Assembly (NCBI RefSeq): GCF_000150275.1 | Contig: NW_002060946.1 | Span: forward strand, 4,917,454 to 4,981,453 | Source: Trichoplax adhaerens | Lineage: Eukaryota; Animalia; Placozoa | DNA: 64,000 nt | Reading direction: 5' to 3' | Shown here: piece after piece, positions 13,601 through 26,500 of the stretch | How the letters are laid out: every line of letters begins with the position of its first letter | Position numbering within the stretch: position 1 is the first letter of the stretch | The notes under the pieces: generated by a model | Seen by the model: only the letters and a program-made list of their open reading frames with translations | Told to the model about the DNA's origin: nothing | The model's database searches: none | Program-made: the position numbers and the translations under genes

Positions 13601-15058
13601 CAGTAGTCTGGGTACTGGATGTAGTACAGTACTGAATTACTGAGTAGGCAATGGTATTGGCGTTCTTGCCTAACGCTGACAAGGCCCAGGAGAGCAGTGC
13701 AATTTTGCTTTCCATGACGCCTCCCATTAATTGCTGTTGAATTCTCTCCATCAGCTTATGGCGTGGCTGATCAATTACTTTTGCATAATTATGAAACGAT
13801 TACGCGTCTCAGCTAGTCAGGGTACTGTACACGATTCTTATCATCTCCATGTCCAAATTAACGTTTGCGTGCACTTTATCGATGGCCATAAAAAAAAGTG
13901 ACATCCCGATAGGTAGTACAGTAGACTCCGACTGTGATATGAAGTAAAATGCGATACGGTACCATCGATCACCAGTTTTAACTACTCTCGTCAGAAGCAT
14001 TTTCCTTTTAAGCCATTTTAGCTTCACGTGGTATAGGATTGTCATTACTGTGATATTTGGCGCATAACAAGTAGCAGTATGATCCGATAGGAGATAAAAA
14101 ATGACTCCAGCCAGATACGAGCGTCGAGTAAGATAGAGATAGAGTATTCTGGTAATCTTCAAGTTGTACTTTCCCCCCCAAAAAGTTGGTAGCAATTTTG
14201 TAATCTTGAACAGTGATGCAGTTGATTTAGCGCTAAAATTTCTCTATCTCAGTCAGGGGAATTGAACAGCTAGAAACCGCGTTTTACTCTTCTACAATAA
14301 TGTGTTGTGTAAAATACAGTAGTTGGTATACCTTTTTAAAATACTTTCAAAAGAGAAATACGCTATATCGAATTGGGATCATTTTCATTGTGAACAAGAG
14401 GTTACAAGTCATCATTGAACATGTAGTCTGCATTGCATTTTCGGAATGCTACGCTATAATACAGCGTTGTGATATCGCATCCAATCACGTATGCAGTAGG
14501 AAAGCATCGAAGATCGTATGGATATTTTTTTATTTCTTTCATTTCCATGAAAACTATTGCGTGTCGCGTTCAAGCAGAATTGCATCTTGTTGTAAAACGG
14601 CATAAGCAATTGATATTGCTAACTCATCATTTTACTCGTATGCGAAAGAAGAATGTGATGTCCAGTCTGTGTGTCTGTGGTTGGGGTTTTGCCTCTTTCC
14701 AGAATTCATGGTGTCGTTTTCTGCACTGGTTGGAGACTGTACACCGCAGGCAGATATCTGCCTGTGGTGAATAAATACTACGTTACCGTTATATTATCAT
14801 CATTTGTTGAATTGATGGCACTAAACTATTGCATAAGTATAACTTGAACGGTGATGATCTCAATCATCATCAGTAGTCAGGCAATTAGTAAGAGTTGAAT
14901 TGCCATCCAGATTGGATAGGTTATGATTGGATTTTTGATCAGCGGAAAAAAAAAAAAATGAATTAACGTCCATCTACTAGACGGAACCATCAGACGATCG
15001 TTTTCCATTTTAATCTACAATTTAGATACGCTTCGATACGAATTACCTGTGTGGACAT
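1668..15058 (-). CDS. ANK: Ankyrin (ANK1/2/3-UNC-44 family): 24 ANK repeats, novel repeat insert, ZU5-ZU5-UPA, death domain; about 2,300 aa
   Basis: Spliced exons: putative first exon 15058-15047 (MSTQ, CAG|GTAAT); 10872-10771 ([26 protein letters not shown]); sixteen phase-0 exons, mostly 99 nt, between 10686 and 6994 ([56 protein letters not shown]...); giant exon 6848-3091 (ANK20-24, insert, ZU5 x2); last exon 2916-1668 (UPA, death domain [33 protein letters not shown]). Repeat order matches canonical ankyrins. The first exon is inferred. Confidence 0.93.
4720..6125 (-). repeat. Coding tandem repeat in ankyrin: 9 units of ~48-56 aa, each with two xxRxDG[ST]xxYIxE half-units
   Basis: Translation shows REVxNADGSxTxITExxxPPxGxYKxxxRxDGTxxYIxExxYxP nine times, from REFVRADGS to ..[14 protein letters not shown]. 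Confidence 0.9.
13063..13118. promoter_or_regulatory. Cluster of three AP-1 consensus sites (TGA[C/G]TCA) in the putative ankyrin intron 1
   Basis: TGACTCA 13063-13069, TGAGTCA 13091-13097, TGAGTCA 13112-13118. Function not shown. Confidence 0.45.
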
Positions 15059-15439
15059 GATGCCGCCGATAAGTAGGCCAACGTCACAGAGTCGTTTGAA
15101 GTAGTCTTTGGCTAATCAAAGTGAATTTACAGGAGTCTTCTTTCAATGACTGCAAAGGAGTAAAAGCAATGAGTATTTTCAATTGAGATATACCGTAGTT
15201 TTAAATACTAATCGCTGGTGACTACCGTCACTACCTTGAGATCAAAATTGGGTGCTGCGCCGCCGCCAGCGAGGGAGTGTGTAGCGTTTAGCGTAGATTG
15301 ACTGGCGTCTGCTTTTATTTTACAATTCAAATTGGATTTACAGTTCAACGCTTAAATCAATAATGCCGTGTTGGGGTTTTTTTTCCCCTAGTCAAGTCAG
15401 CGCTAGCGTTGGATACAGTAGCTTGTAGACTATTGTGCA

Positions 15440-16020
15440 GTATAGCGTAGGTGGAAAATGAGTGTATTTTCGACCTACACCCAGTTTACGGTGTTGAGTG
15501 CAGACTGGAGTCTGCGTCTGAATCAGTTTGTACTGTGCACTGTGCAGTACGGTACTGTACACGGACGACCATGATACAGTGTATAGTACTGTAGACTACA
15601 GTACACAAGGAAAAAGAAATCAAGCAGCAAGGTACCGCTTACTGTACACGACACGAGTACACCTGTGGAGCCAGCCTACTGTAGTGGACGCTATGCTACA
15701 CACTCCGTTGTCGGACCGACAGTATGGCCAAGGTGGAAAATGACTTCTTTTTGACCTCGCCATGCTACACACTCCGTTTTGGACCGACAGTATAGCCAAG
15801 GTGGAAAATGACTTCTTTTTGACCACGCCATGCTACACACTCCGTGTTAAACCGGCGTATAGTACTGTACTGTACAGTACGGTAGAAAAAACCGTCTTTG
15901 GCGGTAAACAAGGCAAAAGACTGGACATTGTACTGTACACTGTACAGACCACGGTCTGAGCATACAGTACAGTACTGTACTGTACAACTGTACAGTACAA
16001 TGCATCGTCTAGTACTGTAG
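15440..16020. promoter_or_regulatory. Putative ankyrin promoter region rich in TACAGT/ACTGTA
   Basis: Dense TACAGT/ACTGTA/TGTACA words 0.4-1 kb upstream of the putative start exon. The same signature occurs at the two divergent gene pairs. Confidence 0.5.
15692..15848. repeat. ~68-69 bp tandem repeat, about 2.3 copies
   Basis: (C/T)ATGCTACACACTCCGT..GGACCGACAGTAT(G/A)GCCAAGGTGGAAAATGACTTCTTTTTGACC starts at 15692, 15761 and 15829 (partial). Confidence 0.9.
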
Positions 16021-18995
16021 AAATATCCGAACTCCGAATTTTACCCAATCCGAATCCGATTCATCAAATCTGTTTTGGATGGTTGGGAGAGAAATTTTGA
16101 CATCATATTTGCAATTGGAAAATGGTGTTTCACCCAACTCGACAGTGTAAAAAATATCAGCGGCAGTACACTGTCAAGTTAACTTCATCCTTCGTCATAC
16201 TGTACTATTGAGGAGACAACAGACTACCGACTCGGTGTAGTAAACGTCTAGATCCCCAAGGATTTTTTTTTTGGCGGGGGGGGAGAAAAATCATGACCAC
16301 TTTCACCCGTAACCAGACATCCCTCTACAGTACTGTGGCTAAGAATAGCATGACTATATTTATCACCACTGGTGGTCTTGATAGTCTCATGGCAGAGTTG
16401 ATCATGCAATCCATCTTGGTGATTGGATGTACTCTATCCATTCAGTAACAATGTATAAAAACGATTGGTTTACACAAGCGACTTGCGCCAGCGTCCAATA
16501 TTCCTAATGATGGCATAGGCTTGGTCAACATTTCTTTTCTCACTCACCAATGACAAAAGCAATGTCATTATCCAACTGCTAATCCATGCACATACACGTC
16601 ATTTGGACTAGAGAAAAATGAGGATAATTTCAAAAATTCATCATTTACAATCCTAGAAAAAAATTCCCATTGCTCCACCAACAATACTGAATAACGGCAA
16701 AAAAATGCCATTTTGCAAAGCAGCCATGTTTATCACTCAATGAATAATTGCATTGTTTCTATGTTCAACCTCTATTGTCCATTTCATTCTTGTCTTTCAA
16801 ACGATATTATTGTAACAATGATAATGACTCATTACTAATGACTAATGAATGACGCATGAGGAATATCTAATAACCAACAAGCAATGAGGTTGGAAGGTGA
16901 TAAAATGATCGGTTAAGTCATGGTGATAATGACCTTGCTTTTTATTGATTCAATATCGTTAAAACAACAACATACTATTATCAAATATTGCACATGGAAA
17001 ATACTCTGATCATCTAAATATGAGCGTTGATCAGTATACAGTGATAGGTTAGAGTATATTTAAATAGCCCAATTTCCATCAATCAATAACAAAGCGGTGA
17101 TGATGCAATGATTGACAGTCCACTATTTAATTACCGTATTTCCACTTTATTATACGAAAGTTCCTAGCCTTTGTACTACCATACTTTAAAGTAGACAACG
17201 ATGCCCTTGAGCATCACCTAGTTCTTGTATCCTACTTTTCCCTTTGACGCGACGAAATCAATCGCTCTCTGATTATATTTCGCATCGTCACATACCTATC
17301 ATATATTGTAATACTGATTATCTTGTAGAGTAGTCCATGAAGTTGGCTAAAATAAGTACCATTGAATACTGTATATATCGTAATCCCTTCATAATCCTTT
17401 TACAAATAGAATAAACTGGATAAGTTTGCCGCTAGTGAACATGCTTGTAGGATTAGTTAATTTACTTGACGGTCATATAAGGAATTAGTAATCTCTCCAA
17501 AATGATCTATCTATCTACAGATTGTTTCTATTTGCTAATCGTAATGACGACAATCTATCTTTATACATGTAATATCACAGCTATGCTAAGTAACTGAATA
17601 ATCACCAGTAAAAGATGTAGATGAACACGCTGATAATAGAATGGGATTCATTAAATGCATTGCCAATAAAATGAGACAATATCTTTTATTTCATACAATT
17701 ATCTTCAATGTCATTATCTTATTTTCAATATTTAAATATAGCTAAAGCTTGAAATTCATTCAGTAAGTATGGGCTTCTTCATCTAGCATATAGAAAAATA
17801 CAAAAGTATCCCTATTTAAACAAATGGTAACAATCAAGAGTAGTTTTACTGAGATACACGTATAGTACTTTTAATGAATTATCTAGTAAAATTGTATTAA
17901 ACTGACATTAACTTTTAATTGCTACCAATTTTACAATCGAAAGTACAAATTATATATCAAGATATTTACTACTTGCTGTATAGTGTGTTGGCGGGTTTAG
18001 TGCGACACAAAGCAAAAATCGAATATAGTCCTATTTACGAGGTAGTACACTCAAGGATACATAATTCTATTTTGGAATAGAAGCGATCAAAATTTAGATG
18101 ACACGAAAGAACTCTGGGGCATGATACAAGTGCAACATAATATGCTATTAATTAATTACTAAAATAGATCGTTTCACTATCAATCGTCTTGACATCGTAA
18201 AGTGCATAATAGTATAACCACGTACAGTATTACGTATTCAATTCGTTGCAATAGAATCAGCAAAATTGTATGGTTAAGCTTTAATTTTCACCTTACTCTT
18301 AACTAATAACTGTTTAGCTATTTTGGCATGCCAATTTCGGTAGGTATAAAGATGTTAATCATTGGAAAATTGACAACGGAAATGACGTTAACATTAAGCA
18401 TGAGAGCAGTTCATTCCTGAAATTGTGAAATATAAACAGTGGAATACTTTGACAATATTTAGATAGACAACTATTAATAGCATTTAAAGTAAGTGGCTGG
18501 CCTATTTTAATCCTCAAAAAGTTCATACATTAGTCGATCGAGCTTATACTTACTATAACTTTATATTACTAAATTAATTGGAATATCAAAATAATAGCAT
18601 ACTACAATAATAGCTGTAATCTGGTGAGAGAAACAAAATTAAAATTATTAAAATGCTAAGGTCTAAATTTATTTTGGAAAAAAATTGATAGCTTTGTTTG
18701 CCAGGCTACATATATCGGTGTTTGTCTTTAAAATTTCTCTTAACATTATATGCATTAAAGTTCCTTCGGAATAATAATGTAACTAAGTATAATATTTCTC
18801 TTTCTTTTATATTATTAGAAAACGTGGAAAGAGCTCATCTATGAATTATGTACATGTTATAAATTATTCAGTAACTCTAATATTGCGGAAGTTGTAGGCA
18901 AACTTCATTTTTTTTTAAAATTTAATCTGCCAATTTTATAATTAATGAATTCCACTAATACAGTCACAGCGAATTGATGATATTTTTCTCGTAAT

Positions 18996-21226
18996 TTAGT
19001 TGGCTTCCGATAAAATTCGAACAACATTTTCATGACCTTGCTTTTGGGCAACATGTAGAGGAATAAATCTTCCAACCTAAAAGAAGTATGTTCGAAAGAG
19101 ATCAATTTTTTAATATGCATACATAGTTATCAGCATCAATTTAATTTGCCATGGTTAAGTTAAAAATTAAGTGATTAAGCTTTTTGAGCACCGTTTTCGT
19201 GCGAATCAGTTAGTAACTATTGCGCTACTGGACTTGTTATAATTATATGCTCAAAGCGCAAATTATTTAAAACATTTAATAATGGGCTTTATTTTTACAT
19301 TGTTATGAAACTAGTTTGTGTAACAAGGCCATTTCATCATCTTATGTAAGCAAATTATAGCTACACGCGTATTTACTAGCAATAAAATTTAGATTATTGG
19401 ACGAAAATTTGTATGTACCCGTAAAGGTCTGCGATGATCGGCTCCGTGCTTTAACAATAACTTCACTATATCGACAAAATTTCCTTGAGCTGCTACATAA
19501 AGCGGAGTAAATCCTATCTATAACATGCAGTGGTAAGATAATACTAGATTATTACAAACAAATTTATCATCTGTTGTTATACAGATAGTTTACAAACATT
19601 TTTAAGACAGTAGTCAAATTAATAATTTTTATAGCTAACTGTAAAGCGTCTACTAGTTAGAAACTCTAATATCATTAACATGTTAAGGCAATACATCAGT
19701 AAGATGGGAACAAATTAGATGACGACTTACTGATGACATTGCATTAACATCTGCTCCTTTTTCAATTAAAGTCTTGGCACATTGAAATTGACCTTCTTTG
19801 CATGCATAATGTAAAGGAGTAAACCCTAACTGAAAATAAGAAATTTACCAAATAGAAGCACTTAATAAATAAAACGAATGGAATATGTTTATTTCTATTG
19901 ATTTTGAGTTATAGCTAACCTTAGAGTTGATATTTAAGTTAGCACCACGATCGGCCAGGATTACAACGATATTATTGTATCCCATTGCAGCGGCTAAGTG
20001 TAGAGCACTTTGGTATTCCTAAAGAATTTATTCTAACTTTTAGTTTATTCTAATTAATATTAAAGTTAGATATGCATATCTTATAGAAGCAGTCATTTTA
20101 ACATCCTAAATTAATTACAACTGCTACAAGCTAGACGTACATAGATCAAAATTTATTCACTGTATGATACATGCATTTATACTTTCGGAAATTGAGAATT
20201 TGGTAGTTAATATCTGAGTATCAGATATTATATTAACTAATTACTGTATTTTTTATCAATATGTGGCACAATAGATAAATTGTTAATATAATACTTCCAG
20301 TATATCTTAATTAACATTAATATATAGCTCACATGATTTTGAAAATCTATTAATTGACCACCATTTAGGTACTGTTGGATTTTTTCCTCGTTACCTATTC
20401 CGGCAGCATATAAAAATTCTAAACCTTGTAAATTCTGACAAATTAGAGAGATAAATGATTAATGTGCTAAAGATTAAAGAAATTATGTTTATTTGAATAA
20501 GAAGAATCGACTGTAAGCATATAATTAAACGAAAATCTATGATATAATTTAAATGACTTATTTCATATACTATTGCAAAAGTACTCAGGGAAAGTTGGAG
20601 TAAAAGTAAAATTTCAGGTGTACAAATAACATTCTTGTTCAGGTTTATTTTGAAACCTTAAATTGTTAATGTTGCAACTGAAAATTAGTCAATGCAACAA
20701 AATTAATAGTCAGTGATTACGATAATAAACTACTCATAGAGATTGATGTAGGAGTGCCATGTCATTAGTTGGTGGGTTATCGGTAATCGATCTCATTGGC
20801 AATCTTTCGATATCGGATTGCTACTGATTTATTTAATATGAAAATCAAAGCTCATAATTTGCATGGCTATCATAAAACTATAATCTCTTGTTATTCAAAT
20901 TAACAAGAGATAAGGTTTAAATAAGTAAAGATGCTATTCGTATTCATAGCTTTTAAATGAAAAAAAGGACTTTGAACTTGGCGCTACGACCTATAGTAGT
21001 AACTGGTTGGGTTTTGTGTGACTGTTTAATAGTAAAAAGATTATCTAGTTCGAATTTCGACAATGTGTACTAGACTTATCCTATCTTATCTCTGATGTGA
21101 TCTTTTAAGATAAATGATTTAAATACATTGAATAACTTGATATACTTGATTAAGAATAAAAAAGATCGATAATTAATTAACTGGTCATCATTATTACATG
21201 TCTTATTGCCTTACCGGTTGCATCAT
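18996..21226 (-). CDS. Mini-ankyrin: five-ANK-repeat protein paralogous to ankyrin repeats 1-5 (about 163 aa)
   Basis: Phase-0 exons 20434-20333 (NLQGLEFLYAAGIGNEEKIQQYLNGGQLIDFQNH), 20018-19920 (EYQSALHLAAAMGY..), 19829-19731 (LGFTPLHYACKEGQ..), 19517-19419 (IGFTPLYVAAQGNF..) and 19076-18996 (VGRFIPLHVAQKQGHENVVRILSEAN*), all GT-AG. The start exon 21226-21215 (MMQP|GTAAG) is only a candidate. Confidence 0.8.
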
Positions 21227-23507
21227 TATTTTTTGTTTTACGAGTATTTATTTAAATTCTTGACGATTGGAGAAAACTAGACTTTCACTTATCGCGTCTT
21301 CAGTAACGTTAATTCGAACCGTAACATTAATTAAATAACTTGAACGGTTACGAGTAAAACGGCATCAAAGTTTGAAGTGTTATACAGTATGTATTGCATT
21401 AGTAGTCTTTGACCGTCAAGTAACGGTTTATAAATTATTTCTAAGATTTAAAGTTATAGTAGATAAAGGCAAAAATGAATTAACATAAGAACAATAGGTA
21501 AATTACAGTAAAAGTGTTATCTTTACTATCCTAGTTGTTGATTTTGCTATTATTGCTATTAATTTTTTTAAAACAATGTCATTACAATTGATGAATATGC
21601 AAGCATATCGATGATGAATAACAGGTATGCATATTTCCTTGATATTCATGATATCAAGGATCAATAAGAACGGTTTATAGCTATCACGGTATGAATAAAC
21701 TTAAATTTTTCCTTGATTAGCATCTATTCTTTATTTTTTTAAATACAGGCAAATGATGATGATCTGTATTTACTTTATTCATTGCTTAGCTGAGAAGATA
21801 AAATAGATATTAGCTTTAGCTGAAAGAGAATACGTGACTAGTATATTGACACTACGAAGGGCATTTTAACGACTGCTTCTATAATTCTTTTATATGACAA
21901 ATTGAACTAAGCATTGAAAAGAGATGATTTGATGCATTGGCAGGATGCAAAAAGTGCCTTACTTTTTGTGTAGAATAGCTTAGAATATTGTATAAGCTAC
22001 AAAGTCTGTTTCTAGTTTATTTGTAATGAAGCATGCTGTGTTAAAGGGCTCTGTAAATTGTTAGAAGTCGATTTATTATCCTTCTACAAATTAATACAAA
22101 TGCGCTTCGTAAGAAAATAACCTTTTAACTGTACGGAACGTTGCCAATTATGTAAAATTCAAGTGATTAGCGAGATCAGCATATAAATTATTATGAGATG
22201 ATATGGGTATTAGCAACTATATAACTACAATAATCGAGATATAAGTAGAAATCAACGGCATATTTACATCTTTTTGGAATAGGAAATATGCAAAGAGCAA
22301 TGTTTAGACAATATCTTTTAAAACTTAGTTACAGTGCTACGCGTTATACTTTACAGCAACTTATATTTCGCTAAAGCAAACATGTATAGAATTGCGTGTT
22401 GGACTAGAAGGAAAAATTATTCATCGAATTGCCAATACGGTACCTACTGTATACCATAATGACCCAGATAACAAGGTCAACGTTATTTACTGTTGCCAGT
22501 AACAACAGCAAGACAGAATAAATTTCTTGGTTGTTTACAGTAAACCCAATTAGAGAAATAATATACGAATACTGTGATTTTATTTCCTTAGTCGTGTCAT
22601 GTACTAAAAATCTTTAAAGATAGGCAATATAATAAAACACCCTATAACAATTCATTTAAGTACTTTTTCATCAGGTAATCAGTTCGATTTACCGTTACTC
22701 ACTATAATACGATCAATCTGATTTACCATTATTCATTAATACATTATATGGTATCAACACAATTAGTATATTTCCGATTATAAATAATGCATTCTGTTTG
22801 TAATATAACAGTAGTAAAATTGGTATGGTCACATATCCATTTAAACAATAATACCTAAATTTTCGCAATTCAATGCAATGGAACTAAAAACAGCTGTTAT
22901 ACTCAGTATTATAAAGACAAAATTTCTCGATATTGATAGCTGCTTCGGTAAAAAAAGTGAAGGTATTGTGAACATTTAGAAATCATAAAATGGTTACCGC
23001 ATTTAGTATTTAATGTTATAGCCTGATACTGTTAATTTTTATATTCTCCTTCTGCCTAGAATGATATATGTTACCTACGAAAGACAGATTTTATAACATT
23101 TTTCTTATATCCAGTCCAATTGTTTGACTTTTAAGGTACAATCATATACACCTTATTAATATTCAAAATTGTCCTATACCTGTTTTATAGTTAAATTGAC
23201 TATATATACAGTACAGTACATGCATTAATAAATTTATTTAGAAAGTTCAACGGGTTGTTTTTTTTCTTTCGCAGTAGAAGGTAAATCTAATTAATGTAAT
23301 AGGGGAATACTTTTAATTTTTAAGATGCGTTTAAAGTGTAGTCGGGTAACATTCTAAAACAATTAACAAACCGATTTCTAAAACTACTATACTTTGGCTA
23401 AGGGTTGTACCCTTTGAATCGCTTGTACGATATTCTCTATCCATAAATCATTTAAATTTATAACAATGTGCACCGTTAATGATATAGTATTGATTTGTAC
23501 GAGATAG

Positions 23508-26500
23508 TTATAGCTCGGTAGTGTTAATATTTTCGGTTGCTAAATCCACCGATTCTTGTTCCGCTGACTCCGTTTTTGACACTTTTCCAATATCGTATAA
23601 TGGATCGTAATGTGAAGTATGATCTACAGTCCAGTCAATCCATACTTTTCTCTTTTGCATCTCCTTAATCTTACTGCTAACTACATCCAAAGTCTGAGGG
23701 TAGGTGCCATTAATTTGTACGGAACCTTTTTATAGCAAATAAAGATCATGATAATTAACTTTTAACCTTGAGTTGATTTCGAATTCATTATACTACTATT
23801 GATTTCTGAAGCTCAATATATAAATAAGGCAAAATAGGCAATTGACAGTTATAAGAAGGTAATTGATAGTAGATAAGGATATCTCACACTATTTTTAGAG
23901 TTACTGTAGACCTGAGATTTTATTTTTATGAGATTTTAACCATCCTAATGATTTTTCTATCATAGTTGCTGCTTCTTCTTCTGATATACTGCCATCAATA
24001 CGTCTAATCATAACAAGATCAACATTACTGATAGTACAAGCATGGAAGATACCTAACAAGTACCGACAGCTCAATGCAATTCGATGCAATCTGCTTATAT
24101 GAGTTAATTTGAATCTTACAAGATGTCATTAGTGCTTCGAAATTCCAAGTATAAAACGATAGGGTGAATAGAGACGTTTATTAATCTATCCAGTGTAGCT
24201 TCATCAAATACGAATATAGCATGGACCTAAATAAGCACATTCGATGATAAACAAGGATTAATTCATCTAAATCTAGCTATTTTAAAAGCCTGATTAATGA
24301 CTCGTAATTTGAAATAGTATCCTAGACCATACCTTGCTAGCTAATTTCATTAGGTTTTTAATGCTAGTACACCGAAAGAAATTTGGACGATCTTCATTAT
24401 ACTCAGCAATCATATTATTACGAAGAAGTTTGTTCATCTTATCTTGAGTGGCAAACAGTGTAACTAAAGTAGAATACAAGGATAGAATAATTTCTGGTAA
24501 GATTAACTAAGTACAAATAGTCTGTCTATCTTGAAAAGAGTATCTTAAATCAATGTATTAAATATGCTATAAGGAAATCAGTTACTTGCCTTGAGTACAT
24601 CTTTGAAAACTGTCTCCATGTACCTTTAATAAACCATCTGAAAACATGTGGGCTAGTGGACCTAACAGCATCACCGGCCTTTGATAACAACCTGTAAATT
24701 ATTTTACGGAATAAAGCAGCAAAATTTTAATATTTTAGTCAGAATCAAAGCAGAATCTTTCTACAATTAAAATATTATATTTCAGTACGCTCTGATAGTT
24801 TCAGTTTACGACTTACATTGTTGGCGAACTAGTCGAGTATAACATATTTTACTGGGTGGGGATAGGACTGATATTAAAAGAGAATTTAAAATGTTGTTCT
24901 TTACCTTTAATCCAATTTGTCAAATGCAAAACTTCATTTCGATGCTATTACTAATTGCTACTGTATCTACCTGAGTCTTTAACGGGTAATATTTCTTCGA
25001 TTTTTAAATCATCTATTGTAGTCGATTTCTCGGGTGCTGAATTGCTTGACGATAGCAATTTTTTAGGTTTTAATGTTTTCTTCATTTTCCCCCAAATTTT
25101 GCTCTTGTTCTTGGCACTACCTCGAACTATTTTACTACTTTCAGTTGTTATAGACAAATCATCACCTTCTTCAATAGAGAAGCTAGACTGAATACTATCA
25201 TCAGAGTTTTTTCTATTGGATCCATTAAGATCATTTGACTCGTGGGCATCAATCACAATTTCAATTTTCCCTACTTCAGTGCTTTGGAATATCAAAGGAA
25301 ACTTGATCAGTTAATTACATGATATAATACATTTATGCAGCATAACTTGCTCCAATTTTCAGTGACTTATTTAGATTTTTTACTGTCTTATGAATTATTA
25401 CCGTTGCATAGACAAATCTGTGCTACTTGGCACTAATGCAGGTTTACCATCGCCATTATCTATCTCAACAATGGATGCTTTCCAATATCCAAGTCTATTG
25501 CCAACAAATGTATCGATAATATGCAGTATTTGTTCTGCTTGAAAGCTTAGTTCCTTTGCTGTCTTAGCGGTGTAGCCTGATAGAGCTCTGTAAGGAATAA
25601 AAAGGCAGGGACTATGTAATCTTTGCTAGCGTATTGATTAAGCATCTTAATATAGTCTCTGGATACTCTTTTTACGAAAAAATTAAAGATGCCGGACTGT
25701 AACTACCTGACATATACGTCATCCCATGGCTTGTTTATTAACATGTTGCTGTAATCTAAAATAGATTTAAGAAAAATACACTTAGAACCTTTGATTGCAT
25801 TATTGAGATATATTCTTTAAAATATCAGTGTTATGACCAACATTACTTTACTAACTAGTAGTTTTTGTAAACAGTTTTAAGTGTCTACGTAGTATCAACT
25901 AAGCATAAAAAAAAGAAGTGGATTCTAACTTGAATAATTTTGCACGACGGTAGCTAAAGGTGAATTTTCTCTCGAATTAAAAATAATTTCCATTTCTTCC
26001 CTTGTCGCACCCCTAGTGTTAATGCCTGCACACTAGAAATTAGCGGTAGAATAGTTCATGACATTAACTCAATCAGTACCAATTTGAGATCATCATCAAT
26101 CTGCTTGTAGCTATAAATGATAATAAAAGAGTGCTTACTTCAATGATACGATCTCCTACAGCTATTCCAGCTAAGCTAGCTGATTTATCTACTTCTGTTA
26201 CGAATAATCCAACTTTATTTCCACCATTAATGGTTATCTTAAAATGTTTTTCAATGACTACAAATCGACATTTACTATAGGAAAAAGAATTTGCATCAAT
26301 AGGAGGAAGAGCTTATGATAAATGCTTATATGATGAAAACGATATTCAGATATTACCTACTGCAGAGACGATCTCCTGTTTGTTGGCGGACTATAGATTT
26401 AATTTTTATTTTGGGAGTTGAAATGAGACACAGTTTGTTAGTAAGTAGAAATGAAAATAATTACAACCAATATCTGGCAATTGCCAGATTAAAAAAAATA

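Noticed and set aside
15528-16048. Short T/V/L/Y/S-rich ORFs here and at 34172-34969, 50564-50864 and 52084-52468
   Set aside because: Most are by-products of stop-poor TACAGT arrays or promoter-proximal sequence, overlap on both strands, and show no protein-like features.
18905-19120. 71-aa ORF in the track
   Set aside because: Wrong frame. The spliced phase-0 frame from 19076 encodes ANK repeat 5 and stops at 18996.
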